Position numbers and translations under genes: made by a program. Shown one piece after another: positions 27,249-39,033 of a DNA stretch of 64,000 nucleotides; within the stretch, counting starts at the first letter, position 1, and each line of letters begins with the position of its first letter. This DNA is from a virus: the IMG/VR virus record IMGVR_UViG_3300025941_000001, positions 29,825 through 93,824 of that record; one strand, given 5' to 3'. The notes under the pieces are model-generated. The model saw only the letters and a list, made by a program, of their open reading frames with translations, was not told the origin of the DNA and did not search any database.

Positions 27249-29213
27249 TCATTTGTTGCGTTCGGCATACTCGCGTGCCTTCTGTTGTCGCTCGCGACGG
27301 AGATCGGAAAACTTCGCGAGCAAATCGCTTAACAGGTCGAGCGCCTCGTCTTCTGAGAAGTGCGCGACGTAGTCAGCGATGGTGACCGTGATCTCAGTCC
27401 CTATCGCCTTGACGAAGCCGCCTTGCGGCGGAGCCCAGACGATGTGAGTGCCGACCGAAGGTTGACCCTCGGCGATGACACGCTTGACCGTTCGAATAGA
27501 CCGTTTGCGGATTTCAGCCATTGCCGTCTGTCTCCGGGTTGTAGTTTTGCCAGCCCGCGTCATACGCGCATTTGACGTACTCGTCAAACACTTCGTCGGC
27601 CTCGGGCTTGAACTTGCACAGTCGGTGAAACTCCGGCCATGTCTTCGGCGTGTCGCCGGGCGAGCACTCTTCGACGCCCGGAACGAACATGCAAACCTTG
27701 ACCGCTCGGTCGCTCAGCCATTGGATGCGAACGTCGCCAAGCTCCATCGCCTTCCCGTGCCCACGCTTGAGCATCAGTATGCGAACGGCGTCGCCCGGGT
27801 ACTGTGGCTCGGTCCACAAACTCATTTGTTCGCCTCGGTGTTGATCCACTCTCGCGCTATTTCGAGGGTGTCAGCTTTCAATTCAGCATCGCCTCCACCA
27901 TGAACGAAAAACGGTCCAGTGTAAACTCCGTCTACGGTTCGCCCGTTCTCGAAGGTCGAGATCGTGAAGCCGCGATAGAGAAGCTGATCGTAGTCGCCCG
28001 GGTATTGATGCGTTGCGGTGTATAGGATCATGTCGGCGGGTTTTTGGACCCGCCAACCATTGACGCTGACTAGGTCCGTGTCGATCTTCACGCGGCCATC
28101 TGCACTCATCGCCGACATCCCATGGCAGGATGCACGATGCGGCCTTCGTCGGTCCACATGACGACCGGCGAGCAGACGCGCTGCTCGTGGCGGGCTTTGC
28201 CGATCTCCGATTGCGTCGCCGGAGGTCCGACGATAATCATCCCGGAGTTGGTGCCGAGGTTCCAGCCGTAGTAGTGGTGATTGACGCTAAAGCCGGAACG
28301 GTTCCAGTCGTCGTATGCCTTCGCGGGGGACACGACGCTGACCGCGACGAGCGCGGCCAATATCAACTTCTTCATTTGAGGTCCTTTCGTTGCCAGACTT
28401 TGAATTTGTAGTGTCCCTTCGTGCTGGCGAGAAGGTACTTGCAAACTTCGTTGCCGACAGAGTACGGGACGCCGCCGGTGTAACTGAAATCTCCCGTCAC
28501 GCCGTAGGGGCGATGCGTGATGACTTCGGTGTCGGTGATCTGGGTCACGACGGCGGTGCCGAACGGACCATCGAAAACTTCGATGACATCCGCGAGCCGA
28601 AGCTCAGTGAGATCGACCGTGATCGGAAACTTGATCTTGTCAGCCATGTTCAACTCCCATCATGCGCGCGGCGAATTGCTTGCCCTCATCGACCCATTGC
28701 GCGAGCGAAAGGTCGTTGAGCCTCGCCACCATGACTGACAGCGTATCATAACGCTTGCCGTCATCGAAGACGAAGTAGAGATAGCCCTTGCCCTTGACAA
28801 GCTCCAAAGGGAGCTTGCTGGCGGAGAACACGTTGTTGACGGTTCGCAGTTGCACGTCACGCCTCGGCTTTCGCTTTGCCGCAGTATTTCTGAGAAGCGA
28901 CCGCCTCGGCGACGCTCCAGCTAAACGCATCCGGCGCGACGAGCTTGCGCCATTCGAAGTTGTCCGGCCCGAACCAAATCTTGACGGCGACCGGATGGTC
29001 GAAGTCGGCAGCGGTGACCCGCTTCTCGCCGACGACCTTCGAGAGCGAACCGTAAGAGCAGAAGCCGACTTCGGTGGTCGTGCCCTGCACATACTTGCGG
29101 TTCTTGTTGAGAACCATGCCGCCGGTTCCGAGCCATGTTTTGCCGTTGCCCTCGTAGTCGGTCATTTCCTTGCGGGTTTCAAGGTTGAAAAAGTAAACGC
29201 GAAATTGTGACAT
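27249..29213 (-). other. Cluster of about 7 small overlapping hypothetical genes
   Basis: Coupled ORFs ending at 27249, 27514, 27822, 28106 (signal peptide), 28372, 28660 and 28857. Confidence 0.6.
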
Positions 29214-29234
29214 CTGTCTGGCCTCTCGTTGCTG

Positions 29235-29395
29235 ATGACCCGGATGTAGCGCATCCCGGATGAGCCCGCAAGCCGAACCGTGTGACGTGGTTAACACTTC
29301 GATAACGCCCGGCTGGCCGGGGTTTTAACCGTGCGTAAACCATAGGCCGAGGTGTCGCTTGCGGGTCCATCCGGGATGCGCTACGTCATGGTCAT
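29235..29395. repeat. 39-bp imperfect inverted repeat forming divergent twin promoters
   Basis: Arms 29235-29273 and 29357-29395 match at 34/39 positions; each reads CTTGCGG-N17-TAC(A/G)TC outward. Confidence 0.75.
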
Positions 29396-29422
29396 GCCCA
29401 ATCCCGGGCTGGAGCGCAAGCG

Positions 29423-30674
29423 ATGCCGAAATTCTCTGCCACTTCTATCGCCGACCTCTTCACCGCTGAGCGCGACGCGGGTCGCGTCGCTCGCCGGGTC
29501 GAGTACATCGTCGCCTGCGAAGCGAGCGATGGCTCTTGGTGCGAGTTCGATGGCGACGACTACTTCCATGCGAAGCGTCTCGCCGACAACGCGGTCGATG
29601 TTCTCGGCGCGCGTGGCTGCTCGGTCTGGCGCGTGCGCCTGATGGACGGCGAAGTCGTGAAGCCGAAATGCTATGAGGTGTTCGCGTGACACAAGCTGTT
29701 CCTTTCTGTGCCGACCGTTGGCTCGCCTTCTACGTCGGCCGTGATGGCAAGATGCGCGTCGCTCGCGACGCGCGTGGCCTGCCAATCGAATGTGAAACCG
29801 AGCAACTCGCGCTCTCGGTCGCACGATATCGCCGCAAGCGCATGAGGATTTGGAAATGACCACGTATCCGGCCCTCTGTCGGCGCAAGCCAAAGGCCCAT
29901 TGGGAGGTCGTCGCCGGGCTGGAGTGGACGCGCAAGCGCGACGGCTTCGACAACTCAGGGCGGCCGATGTATGACTACGAGGCCCACCACGGAAGCGTGC
30001 ACTTCCACATCACGCGCGCCACGGACGCGGGCTTCGGTATCAGCGTGCACGATAGCGACGCGAAGCAATATCTGACCCATCACTTCGGCTTCGAGTGGCG
30101 ACGCACGCTCAAAGCCTGCCATGCTCGCGCCGTCGAGATCATGGACGCAATTCGAAGGAAAGAACATGACGCACGTGGAAAAGCTGGTAGCTGACGGCGT
30201 CGTCGAGGTTCGCGACGGCAGGGTCTATCTGACCCGACAAGCGTGGAACGATGCAGTGAAGGGCACGCCCTACGAAGAGCGCGGTCTGTATCACTTCGTC
30301 GGCTTCAAGGATGATCGATACCTGACGGCGGTGAAGACATTCGGCAAGCCGGATTTCGTTCACCGCTTTTGGGACCGAAGAGCCCGGGACGAGGTCGCCC
30401 CGGGAGACGTGGTCTTCTTCGCCGAGGGAGACGAGACCCAGCCCGTGCGCGAGTTCGCGTTCGACGACAGCGCCAACTTTTGAGGACCGTCATGGAAAAC
30501 GAGATGTTCACGTTCGTCGTGCTCACGACCGAAAGTCATCGGGTCGAGCATCGTTATCACTCACGCGAACAGGCCGACCGGCTCTTCGACCGGCTGACCC
30601 TTGAGCCCGGCGCAATCTCCGTCGCGTTCTACTGCGCGTCGGTCGGGGGTTGCGTCAATGCTTGGCACGCTTGA
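29423..30674 (+). other. Plus-strand island of about 5 small hypothetical genes
   Basis: ORFs 29423-29689, 29856-30194, 30166-30483, 30492-30674, downstream of the right repeat arm. Confidence 0.6.
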
Positions 30675-32159
30675 AGACGAGATCACGCTGGAGCTTGCTA
30701 GGCTCCGGCGTGCGGCCCTCGCGCGAGCGCGCGAGCGCGCAGCTTCCCAGCAACTGGGCGAGGCATGGATTGGGCTCGAAGCGCCTTCCGCGCCGCCTCC
30801 AGAGACCGCCGGTAGTCGGCGAGCATCTGATCGAACATCATGTTCGACGGAGCGGCCCTAGCTGCGCCCGGGGTCCGCTCCAGAAGCGAGATCGCCGCAG
30901 CTAGACTAGCTGTCACCGCGACGAACGGGTCCCGTGTCTTTTCGCGGGTCTTATTTTCGGAATTTACGAAATGTGTCATCTCGGTCCGGAACCGGCGGAG
31001 ACGCCGGGCTTGACCGAGCAAGCCCGAGACTGTGATGTCTCGGGCTATCTCGTCCATCGAGCGCAGGATTTGCTCGGGGGTCCGTCTCACGCCGACTGTT
31101 CCCCGGTTACCACCTTCTTGAGCCGTTTGCCGACGCTGGCGAGCCCGCCCAGAAGCCCGACAGGGGCCGGGGCCGGGACAGCGCCCCGCTTGACCGAGCG
31201 ATACGGGTAGGGCTTGCTGCGCGGCACGCCGGTATACTGGCGGCCGACGAAGATCGGGGTCGGCCTCCGGTCGCCGACCGGCTTCGCCGGAACCTGCGGC
31301 AGCGTCTCGGTGAGCCGCACGGTGTTGAGCCGCTTGCCGCTCTCATCCGTGATGCGCTTGACGAGGGTCCGGCCTCGGACGCCCTTGGTCGTGATCATGT
31401 CGCCCTTATCCGCGACGAACGCCTTGGCGTTGCGGTACGGCCTGAGCGGCGACTTGTTGATTTTCTTCCGACGTGTCTTGGCCATTGGCCGACCCTCCGT
31501 TGCTGATGAAGCTTACTGTTGAATGCCGCCCGACCCGTGATCCGGCGTCTCCGGCGGCAGCGTGAGCGTGAAGTCCACTGCGGGCTTCGCGATCTCGTCG
31601 GCGTAGTCCTTCAACCATGGGCCGACTGCGTTCTGGAGCGCCATGAAATGCTTCGCTTGCGCCGCCGGTTCATTCGGCGAAAAGCTCGCGAGGATCATCA
31701 GGTGAAGTCCGCGCAGGATCAGTTGTTCGGCTGACGTGGCCATGTGGGTTCTTCCTTCGTTGGACGGTGCAATAGATTGAGCCGGGCTCGACGCGAGCGT
31801 AGGTGATCTCTACTAGACCCGCATCGACGATGAGGTCAAGAAGTTTTTCACGGTCGCTCGCGTCGAGGCATTTCATAGGTCGTCGTACTTTCCCTGTTCG
31901 ATCTCTGTGACGCGCCCGGAGCCGATGTTGTGTCGGCGTCCCATCTTCGCGCGGCTCAGCCCTGCGTATCGCGGGTCGGCGAGATCGCGTAGAACCGCGT
32001 CTCGAATTTCCTTGTTGACCCGATTGCACTCGACACGGGCATGACGAATAGACTTGTCTCGCTTCATCAGCACGAGTGCTTCCGCTAGATCATCTAGCGG
32101 CCGGAGACCGGTGAGAACTTCGTCAACGATCTCCCGCGCTTTGGGGACATCACTGGGCA

Positions 32160-33014
32160 TCAGTCGCCTCCGCCTCCGCCGCCGCCGCCGCCGCTGTCGC
32201 CTCCGCCGGAGGACGATGAGCCGCTGTCGTAGCTCGATGAGCTATAGGACGACGAGCTATCGCTCACGCTCGGTGCGCTCGGGGCCGTGTAACTCGGTGC
32301 AGGCTCCGGCATCGGTTCACTGCGCGCGGCATAGCCGCCGACCGTGTCGCCGGGCTGATACTTCGGGTCCTGATCCGACGAACCCTTAAAGCTCGCCGGA
32401 TCACTGAGCGGATCAGCACTCGCGCTGGCCACGATACCGACAGCAACAGCCGTGGCGACCGGGTCGTTCGTCCACGAGCCCGAGGCTCCAGCGCCCGCAT
32501 ACTCGCCGCCCTGTCCGTTGTAGGGCTTCTCGGGGTCGATGGCGATGCCGCTGGAGACGTGACAGTACGACGACTGATGGTCAGCAAAAAGGACCTCGTA
32601 AAGGATCAGGTACGTGATCCAATCCGTGCCATTGTCCGGCTGCTTGCGGGGTTGGTCCCACGCATGAGCAACTGCGTTCTGGATACCCGCGATGTTGAGC
32701 GCGGGCTTACCGAGCCATCGGCGTTCGATGTTGACGCGCTCCAGTTGACGCGGCGTCAGATAGATGGTCGATGGCACATACGGCGCGGCAAGCGTCGGGC
32801 TCTTGCGCATCGGACGCATCCTGCGACGATGACCAAACGTTCCGGGGCTCCGCTCTTCGCGCTTGATCTGGGCGAAGGTGGTGACGTGTCCGTCAACCTT
32901 CGGCTTGGCGAGCGGCGACCGAGGGCGCGTCAAGACCATGATCACGATGGCGACAGCGAAAACTAAGAACACGAGAAGTAACTCCATAGCTAGGTCCCTT
33001 CGATGATCTTCCAT
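32160..33014 (-). CDS. Membrane-anchored protein with Ser/Gly-rich tail
   Basis: N-terminal TM segment; ends SSSSYDSGSSSSGGGDSGGGGGGGGGD. Confidence 0.7.
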   Translation of the reverse strand: MEDHRRDLAMELLLVFLVFAVAIVIMVLTRPRSPLAKPKVDGHVTTFAQIKREERSPGTFGHRRRMRPMRKSPTLAAPYVPSTIYLTPRQLERVNIERRWLGKPALNIAGIQNAVAHAWDQPRKQPDNGTDWITYLILYEVLFADHQSSYCHVSSGIAIDPEKPYNGQGGEYAGAGASGSWTNDPVATAVAVGIVASASADPLSDPASFKGSSDQDPKYQPGDTVGGYAARSEPMPEPAPSYTAPSAPSVSDSSSSYSSSSYDSGSSSSGGGDSGGGGGGGGGD

Positions 33015-35379
33015 TGATAGGATGCGCGCTGAGCGTCGTGAAACGCAACCCGATGTGCGCGCTCGCCCTTCGGGTTGAAGTAGTAGAGCAGTTTGTCTTC
33101 CTTCACATACCGCATTGTCCAGCCGACCGTCATCGTCGCGTCGTCACGGACGGCGACGCCACTCTCGGCCGCTTTGATCGCCGCGTTCAAGTCCATGAGT
33201 GCACAAGGCTCCAGACAAGCAAGATCGTCGGGCCGACGATGGTCACGGCGTAGGTTCGTAGCTGCATTTCGGTCATCGGATCATCCAGTATGAGACCGCA
33301 CCGCCGACGATGACGAGCGCGAAGATGATCGCGATAGCTGTTTCAAATGGCATCGTCAAGTCCTTTCGCGCGAGCGTCCCATCCGGCCGCGAAGCCATCC
33401 TTGATCGCTGCGACCACGACCGAGTTGTATCGGTTGGCGTAGTGAGCCTCGACGATGAACCGGCTACAGGCCTCGTCCCGAGCGCTACGCACGGGGACGG
33501 GAGTGCGGCCGGGCTGTTCGGGGAGCGGCGGCACGGGCATGCGCCACGGTTCGTTTCTGGGGGCTGGCGGGCCTACTCGGTCTGACATGGTTTGCATCCA
33601 CGGTTAGGAGGTGACGACACTTGACGCACGTGATCATGTCCGACTGCGTCGAGCAGAAAAATTGATTTCCGTTTCGCGCGATGAGATCGTAGCGCGTCGG
33701 ACCGGCGGCCGAGACTACGGGATGATCGATGGTCCGGCCGCAGCGTGTTCGTACCGTTGGCACCTCGCCAGTCGGGACTGGGTCGATGACCATGTGCACG
33801 ATCATGGCGCGCTTAGGTTTATTCGGGTGCGTTGTCACGATGACACTCCTGACATTCCCACTGAGCGCCGTCAGGCGTCGCGTTCTCGCGTTGGCGTTTC
33901 CACCAATTGCAAGTGACGCAACAGAAGACCATGCTGTCGAGCGCCTGCAAAAATCTTTGATCGTCCACGACAGCGGCGACGGTCTCGTCGTTGTCGGCGA
34001 GGTCCTCAAGGCTGTCGGTAGTGTATTCGAGCTTCTGCGCCGCCTTAGCCGCGAGCGCGATCACGTCGGACACGTCGAGCCTCCGATGTTCATGCACGTG
34101 CACTTGGGATAGCGACAGGGATCATTCGTGTTGCGCTCTCCGCACTTCGAGACGTTCGGCGGGATGACCCGGCCGTTGGCGACCTCGTAGTCGAAATAGG
34201 CTGGTGGCGAAAAGCGGCACGCAGCCTCGTGACCGACCATGTTGTCAGGGCACGTGCACGGCCTGACAGGCTTGATCGCAAAAGCACGCTCGCCTTTGTT
34301 GTATCGCGCCTCCGGGACCCAGCGCGCGTATCGCCACGGACGCGTGTCGTAGGCGTCCTCGACGCGACGGTAGTGAACCCATTCAAGCCATACCGTTCCG
34401 TCCGGGGTCCACTTCGGGGTCCACGCAAAGCACACGCCGCGATCTGGGGTCGGCTTGTTGATGATCATGACGTAGTTACCTCGACGGTTTTGTCGGACGA
34501 CAGAACAGCGGTGACGCCCGAGACATCGATCTCGTGAAACTTGTCCGGCCGGAAGTAGAGCCGGAGCATCGCGTGATGACCCGCACGCACGACCTCCAGC
34601 GAGAGAACCCTGTCCGTGATGATACGGAGCCCGTTGAAGCCTACGCGCACTGGAGCGGCCTCGGTCAATTGCACGGGCTCGTCGAGATCGTGATCGTCGG
34701 CGATGCCCCAGAGCGACGCGGTCGCGACAGCCCAGACGCGGCAGCGCGGATCATGGCGTGCATTGATAGCGCCCCTCATAGCATCATCCCACTATCCCGA
34801 TGATGAGCAGGCCCACGGCGATGGCGCGCAGGATCAGCACACGCGTATCCATTCGATTGGTCTCGCCCTGCATCCGCATCAGCATCAGTTGGCGACGATG
34901 ACGTTCCTGTTGAAGCTCGAAGTCGTCCATCGTTTTAGCTCCAGAGCCGAGCAGCCATGTAGGCGAAGACGCCGCATGCGATCAGCGAGCACGCGATGTG
35001 GACGCCGAGCTTGTTGCGCGCTCGAAACTCCGGCGCAGGCCGGAACAGCTTCACGACGAAGAACAGGGCGAGCGCCCAGAACGGGAGCGAAGCAACTTGC
35101 CAAGCGGTGAGGCCGAAGTCGAGAACGTTCATGGTCATCGTTCCTTTTGTTTGATCGTCGAGACAGGATACCAGCGCCGCGTTATGCCGCACTCGACCTC
35201 GTCGAACCCACTGACCGGGTCGTCGATGGTGAAGCACAATCCGTGGTGTTCGTCAAGCTTCAATGCTTGCACGGTGCCAGCTTCGCCGTTGAACGTGGCG
35301 ATAGCTTTGCCCACGAGATCGCGCTCGGCCTGATGAAGCCAATCCACAATGCGGAGGGCAGCGCTTTCGTAGACGTGGC

Positions 35380-35961
35380 TCATTCGATCTCCAGTCCTGA
35401 GAAGCGAGCACCGAGCGCGTCCTTCGGCTCGTCGAACTCGTCCGTGAGTGTATCGCTCGGGAAGCTGACCTCGACCGGCGGCTTCCATCGCCTCGCGTTC
35501 GGGCCGACCTTGATCCGCTCGCGCAGCCGGTCCGGCAACGGCGGGGCCGGGGTAAGCGCGACCTCTGGGTCGGAGCCCGCACGCTTGACATCCTTGGCCG
35601 CGACGACGCCAAGGTGCGCGGTCACTGCGATCTTATCCCGGACAGGGCCGAAGTCGGCCGAGCCCTCGGTCGTGAACTTGATCAGGCCCTCGCGGTAGAG
35701 GTACTCGCCGAAACGCGCAGCGAGCCCGCGCTCGATGGGCATCTGTAGCTTTGCGAAGTCCGACGCCGGGTATGTGGTCGTGACCTTCGTCGCCCGCACA
35801 CGCTTGAACGGCACCATGCAACACTGGGGGCATGGAAATTCCTTGAACGTCGGGTTCGTTATTGAGACCTCGGTCTCTGCCGCTTCCCCGGATAGCTCCA
35901 TCAATGGCCATACCGCGAGGTTGACGGTCTTCTCGCCTCGGCAAACATCACAGTACGGCAT
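35380..35961 (-). CDS. Zn-finger hypothetical protein ending RFSGLEIE
   Basis: CDVC...CPQC. Confidence 0.7.
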   Translation of the reverse strand: MPYCDVCRGEKTVNLAVWPLMELSGEAAETEVSITNPTFKEFPCPQCCMVPFKRVRATKVTTTYPASDFAKLQMPIERGLAARFGEYLYREGLIKFTTEGSADFGPVRDKIAVTAHLGVVAAKDVKRAGSDPEVALTPAPPLPDRLRERIKVGPNARRWKPPVEVSFPSDTLTDEFDEPKDALGARFSGLEIE

Positions 35962-38089
35962 TGAGATCGTCCTCGAAGTAGAGGTTGCCGAACAGGATGG
36001 AGGTCACGACGAACGCGCCGCCGAGGAAGGCGTGCGAGCCCCAGAGTGTCCCGGAGAAGATCGCGACGACAGGATCAACGACGCCGTGAAACACGGCGAG
36101 CCAGACGAGGTAGTCCGCGATCAGTTTCATCGCACGTGTCCCGTTAAAAACATCACAGCGGTTATCCCGAGCACGAGCGCCGAGAGCGAGACCCACGCAA
36201 GCGAGATGCCTGTGATCCGCCAGAAAGCACGCTCGCGCTCCAGCCGCTTCCCGATGCGTCGGTTGCGCGCCGCGATGCGAAGCTGCTTGGCGAGATCGAA
36301 GTCGTCAGAATGGTCGGCCACTTTTCCCGCCCGCTCGTTTGTGCGCGCGGCTTCCCGCGACGAAGCACGTGACCACGAACCCAAAGCCGAACCACGCCGA
36401 CGCGGCGGCCATCCACCACGGATGGTCGGCGAACGGCGCAGCAATGGCGAAGACCGCGCAGAGCGCAAGCAGCACGCGAGCAGCAATGGCTTCGCGCTGC
36501 ATCTGGAGCCGCAACAGTTGCGTGGCTGGGTCCGGAAACACTGGCGAAAGCTTGCGCTTCTCAGCGAAGAACTTCTGATCGTTGTTGAGGTGGTCGAGCG
36601 GCATGCGGATTGCTCCATAGCGGTGATCGGCCCCATGGCCGATCTCACATCAGGCTGTCGATATCCGCCTGTCGGCGGGCCTCGGCGTCGTCGCTGTCTA
36701 AGCCATCACTGGCGGGCTTGTCAAGCTGAGCCTGCAAATATTTTCGAGCCTCCCGCTGCTCGGTCGCGATGATCCGCGCGCAGTGAACGCATCCGCCGCC
36801 CGCGACGTAGCGAACATAGGTGCCGCACTTCGCGTGACGCGAGCCGGTGTAAGTGCGCAGGCCCAGCGCGAGCGCGTTCTGGCGGTCTTCGTTGATCGGT
36901 CGTCCTGTCATGGTCAGTCATCCTCGTAGCATGCGACGCACTTGCCGTTGAGCCCGGCGAGGCATGGAACGTCCTTGCCATGGCACGCGGAGCCGTTGCG
37001 ATTGTGAGACTTGCGAACCGGCTTCGCCCCGTGGCACTCCCATCGAGCGGCGTCGCTCGGCGCGAGCTTCGCGTGCTGCGGAGCATCTGATTTGTCAGTC
37101 ATGACTTCTCGTCCTTCTTCGGTTGCGCGTAGTCGTTGCGCGCCGTCAGTGAACCGTGCGACAGGATGTAGTGGTTCGGCGGGATGGTCGCATTGTGGAA
37201 CGCGCCCTGCAACATCCCGGCCTTCAATCGCTTCATCGCGTGCTTGCGTTGCGCGGCCGATGGCTGCGAATGCTCGATGACTATTTTCATTTTGGGTTCC
37301 CTCGCCGCGTGACGGAGCCGGGCTCGATGGTGATCGACCCGTTGACGCCGATGCGCTTGCCGCCGCAATAGATGTCACCGCCGCCCGTGGGCATCGGTTG
37401 CGCGACCGCATAGCACGTCATGTCGTAGCCGAGCTTCGCCGCTCGGTCGTAGAGGCTCTTCGGCAGATAGACCGGATAGCTTGTTGGGCCGGGCCACGTC
37501 GGCAGCGCTTCCATGATCTTCTGCATCGCCTGCGGCACGAGGTAACTATCCGGGACGCCCGCGATGATGTGCGGCGTGAGACCCTTCTCTCGATGGCTCA
37601 TATGATGATCTCGCCCGCTGTCGGCTCGCGTCCGGGATAGTGCACGCCCGCGCGCTGCTCGTCCGTGATCGTCGCGTTGATCACGCTGATGCGCTCGTCG
37701 GTCTTGCGGACTTGCTCTCGCATGTCGTCGCGGACGAACGTCGAGCGCGCCTCGTAGCCGAGCGCCCGCATGATGGCGCGCTGATTTTCGAGGATCAGCT
37801 TCTCGCTGTCGGTGTTCATTGGCGTGCGACCTCCGGCGGCATGTCGAGCTTCCACGCATTGGCGCGAAGCTCGGCGCGGAGATCGTTGCGCATCTCCGGC
37901 TCGTGATCGCCGACGCAAACATGCGTTTCGGATTTCAGGAAGTGGTGCGTCAGCGCCTTGGCGCGAGCGATGTGGACATCGTTGTCAACGCGGAATGCCG
38001 GATGGAGCTTCTTGCGATAGGGCATGATCGCCTCTGTGGCAGGGGACGGGAGTTTTTCCCTAATTGAGAACCTGTCCGGTGTCAAGCTC

Positions 38090-38960
38090 GAATTTTTCTT
38101 AATCCCATATTTTTATTTTTCTAAATTTCGGTTCAAAAACGAGGAAGTGTGTGGAAGCTAGGGGGCATAGGCAGTCCCGACCTCGCTCGAAATCTGGGTC
38201 CTACCCCGTAACTCGCCCGGCCCCATTTTAGCACGTACCGGGGGTCGCGTCAACGCATGAGTTCGCGTTAACCTTAATAGTTAAGGTTAATAGGTTCATC
38301 ACTTACTATGTGATGTATGTCACGTATAGTATCGTCTATTAACCTTAATAGTTAAGGTTAATGCCACATAGGTAGTATAGTGGGGTAGACATACCCCTGT
38401 GTACGTGGTAGCAGGAGCATATTAACGTTAATAATCAACCATTTAGCCCCCTACAGGGGGTGTTAATCTAAAGAATTAAGGTTAATCTCGCGTGCGGGAT
38501 TAAGGTTAATGGTTAAGGTTAACGCGCCACGTCGAGGCGTTAATCATAACTCTAAATTAGTGCCTTCGTCCCTGACGCTAGGAGGCGGAGCCATCCCTCA
38601 CAAAAGGGCCATTACTCAGCAACTCAGCACTTTGCCTCACTCCTATACTATAACAATCTTATACTGGGTAAAGGGCTATGTACTGAGATAGTGAGAAATG
38701 TGGTCGTTCTCAATGGGATAAGCTGACAATTCCGGTGAGAACAGTATTTGAGAAGCTGAGAAATGACAAACCTCCACACGGGCGAATACGCGAGCAATGA
38801 CAAGGCCGTAGCAAGGGATTTAGGTTTATTGCGGCCCCAACCGTAGAGCGCAAAAAGTGGAAAAAGACCCCTGAAAAACGGCCTCGTCGATGCAAGAAAC
38901 CCAATGTTTATGCGGGTCGGCGAAAACGGTTGACAGCATGAAAACGGCCTGTTAAGGCGT
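38090..38960. promoter_or_regulatory. AT-rich non-coding divergence region with TTAAGGTTAA repeats (origin or packaging-site candidate)
   Basis: Palindrome TTAACCTTAA-TAG-TTAAGGTTAA at 38268-38290 and 38339-38361; half-sites at 38476, 38500, 38513; TTGACA boxes point outward on both sides. Confidence 0.65.
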
Positions 38961-39033
38961 TTTGAGGTCGATATCTCAGACTTTTCTCACTACTTGCTCA
39001 GGTCTTTCTCAGACTATTTCTAAGGTCGAACTC

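Larger units (their letters stand above)
30698..38085 (-). other. Leftward run of about 25 small accessory hypothetical genes
   Basis: Tightly coupled ORFs, e.g. 31087-31485, 31513-31743, 31873-32160 (HTH-like), 32990-33196, 34061-34468, 36645-36911, 37598-37818. Confidence 0.6.

Noticed and set aside
38268-38522. TTAA repeats as canonical CtrA boxes
   Set aside because: Spacers are 2, 3 or 9 nt, not 7.
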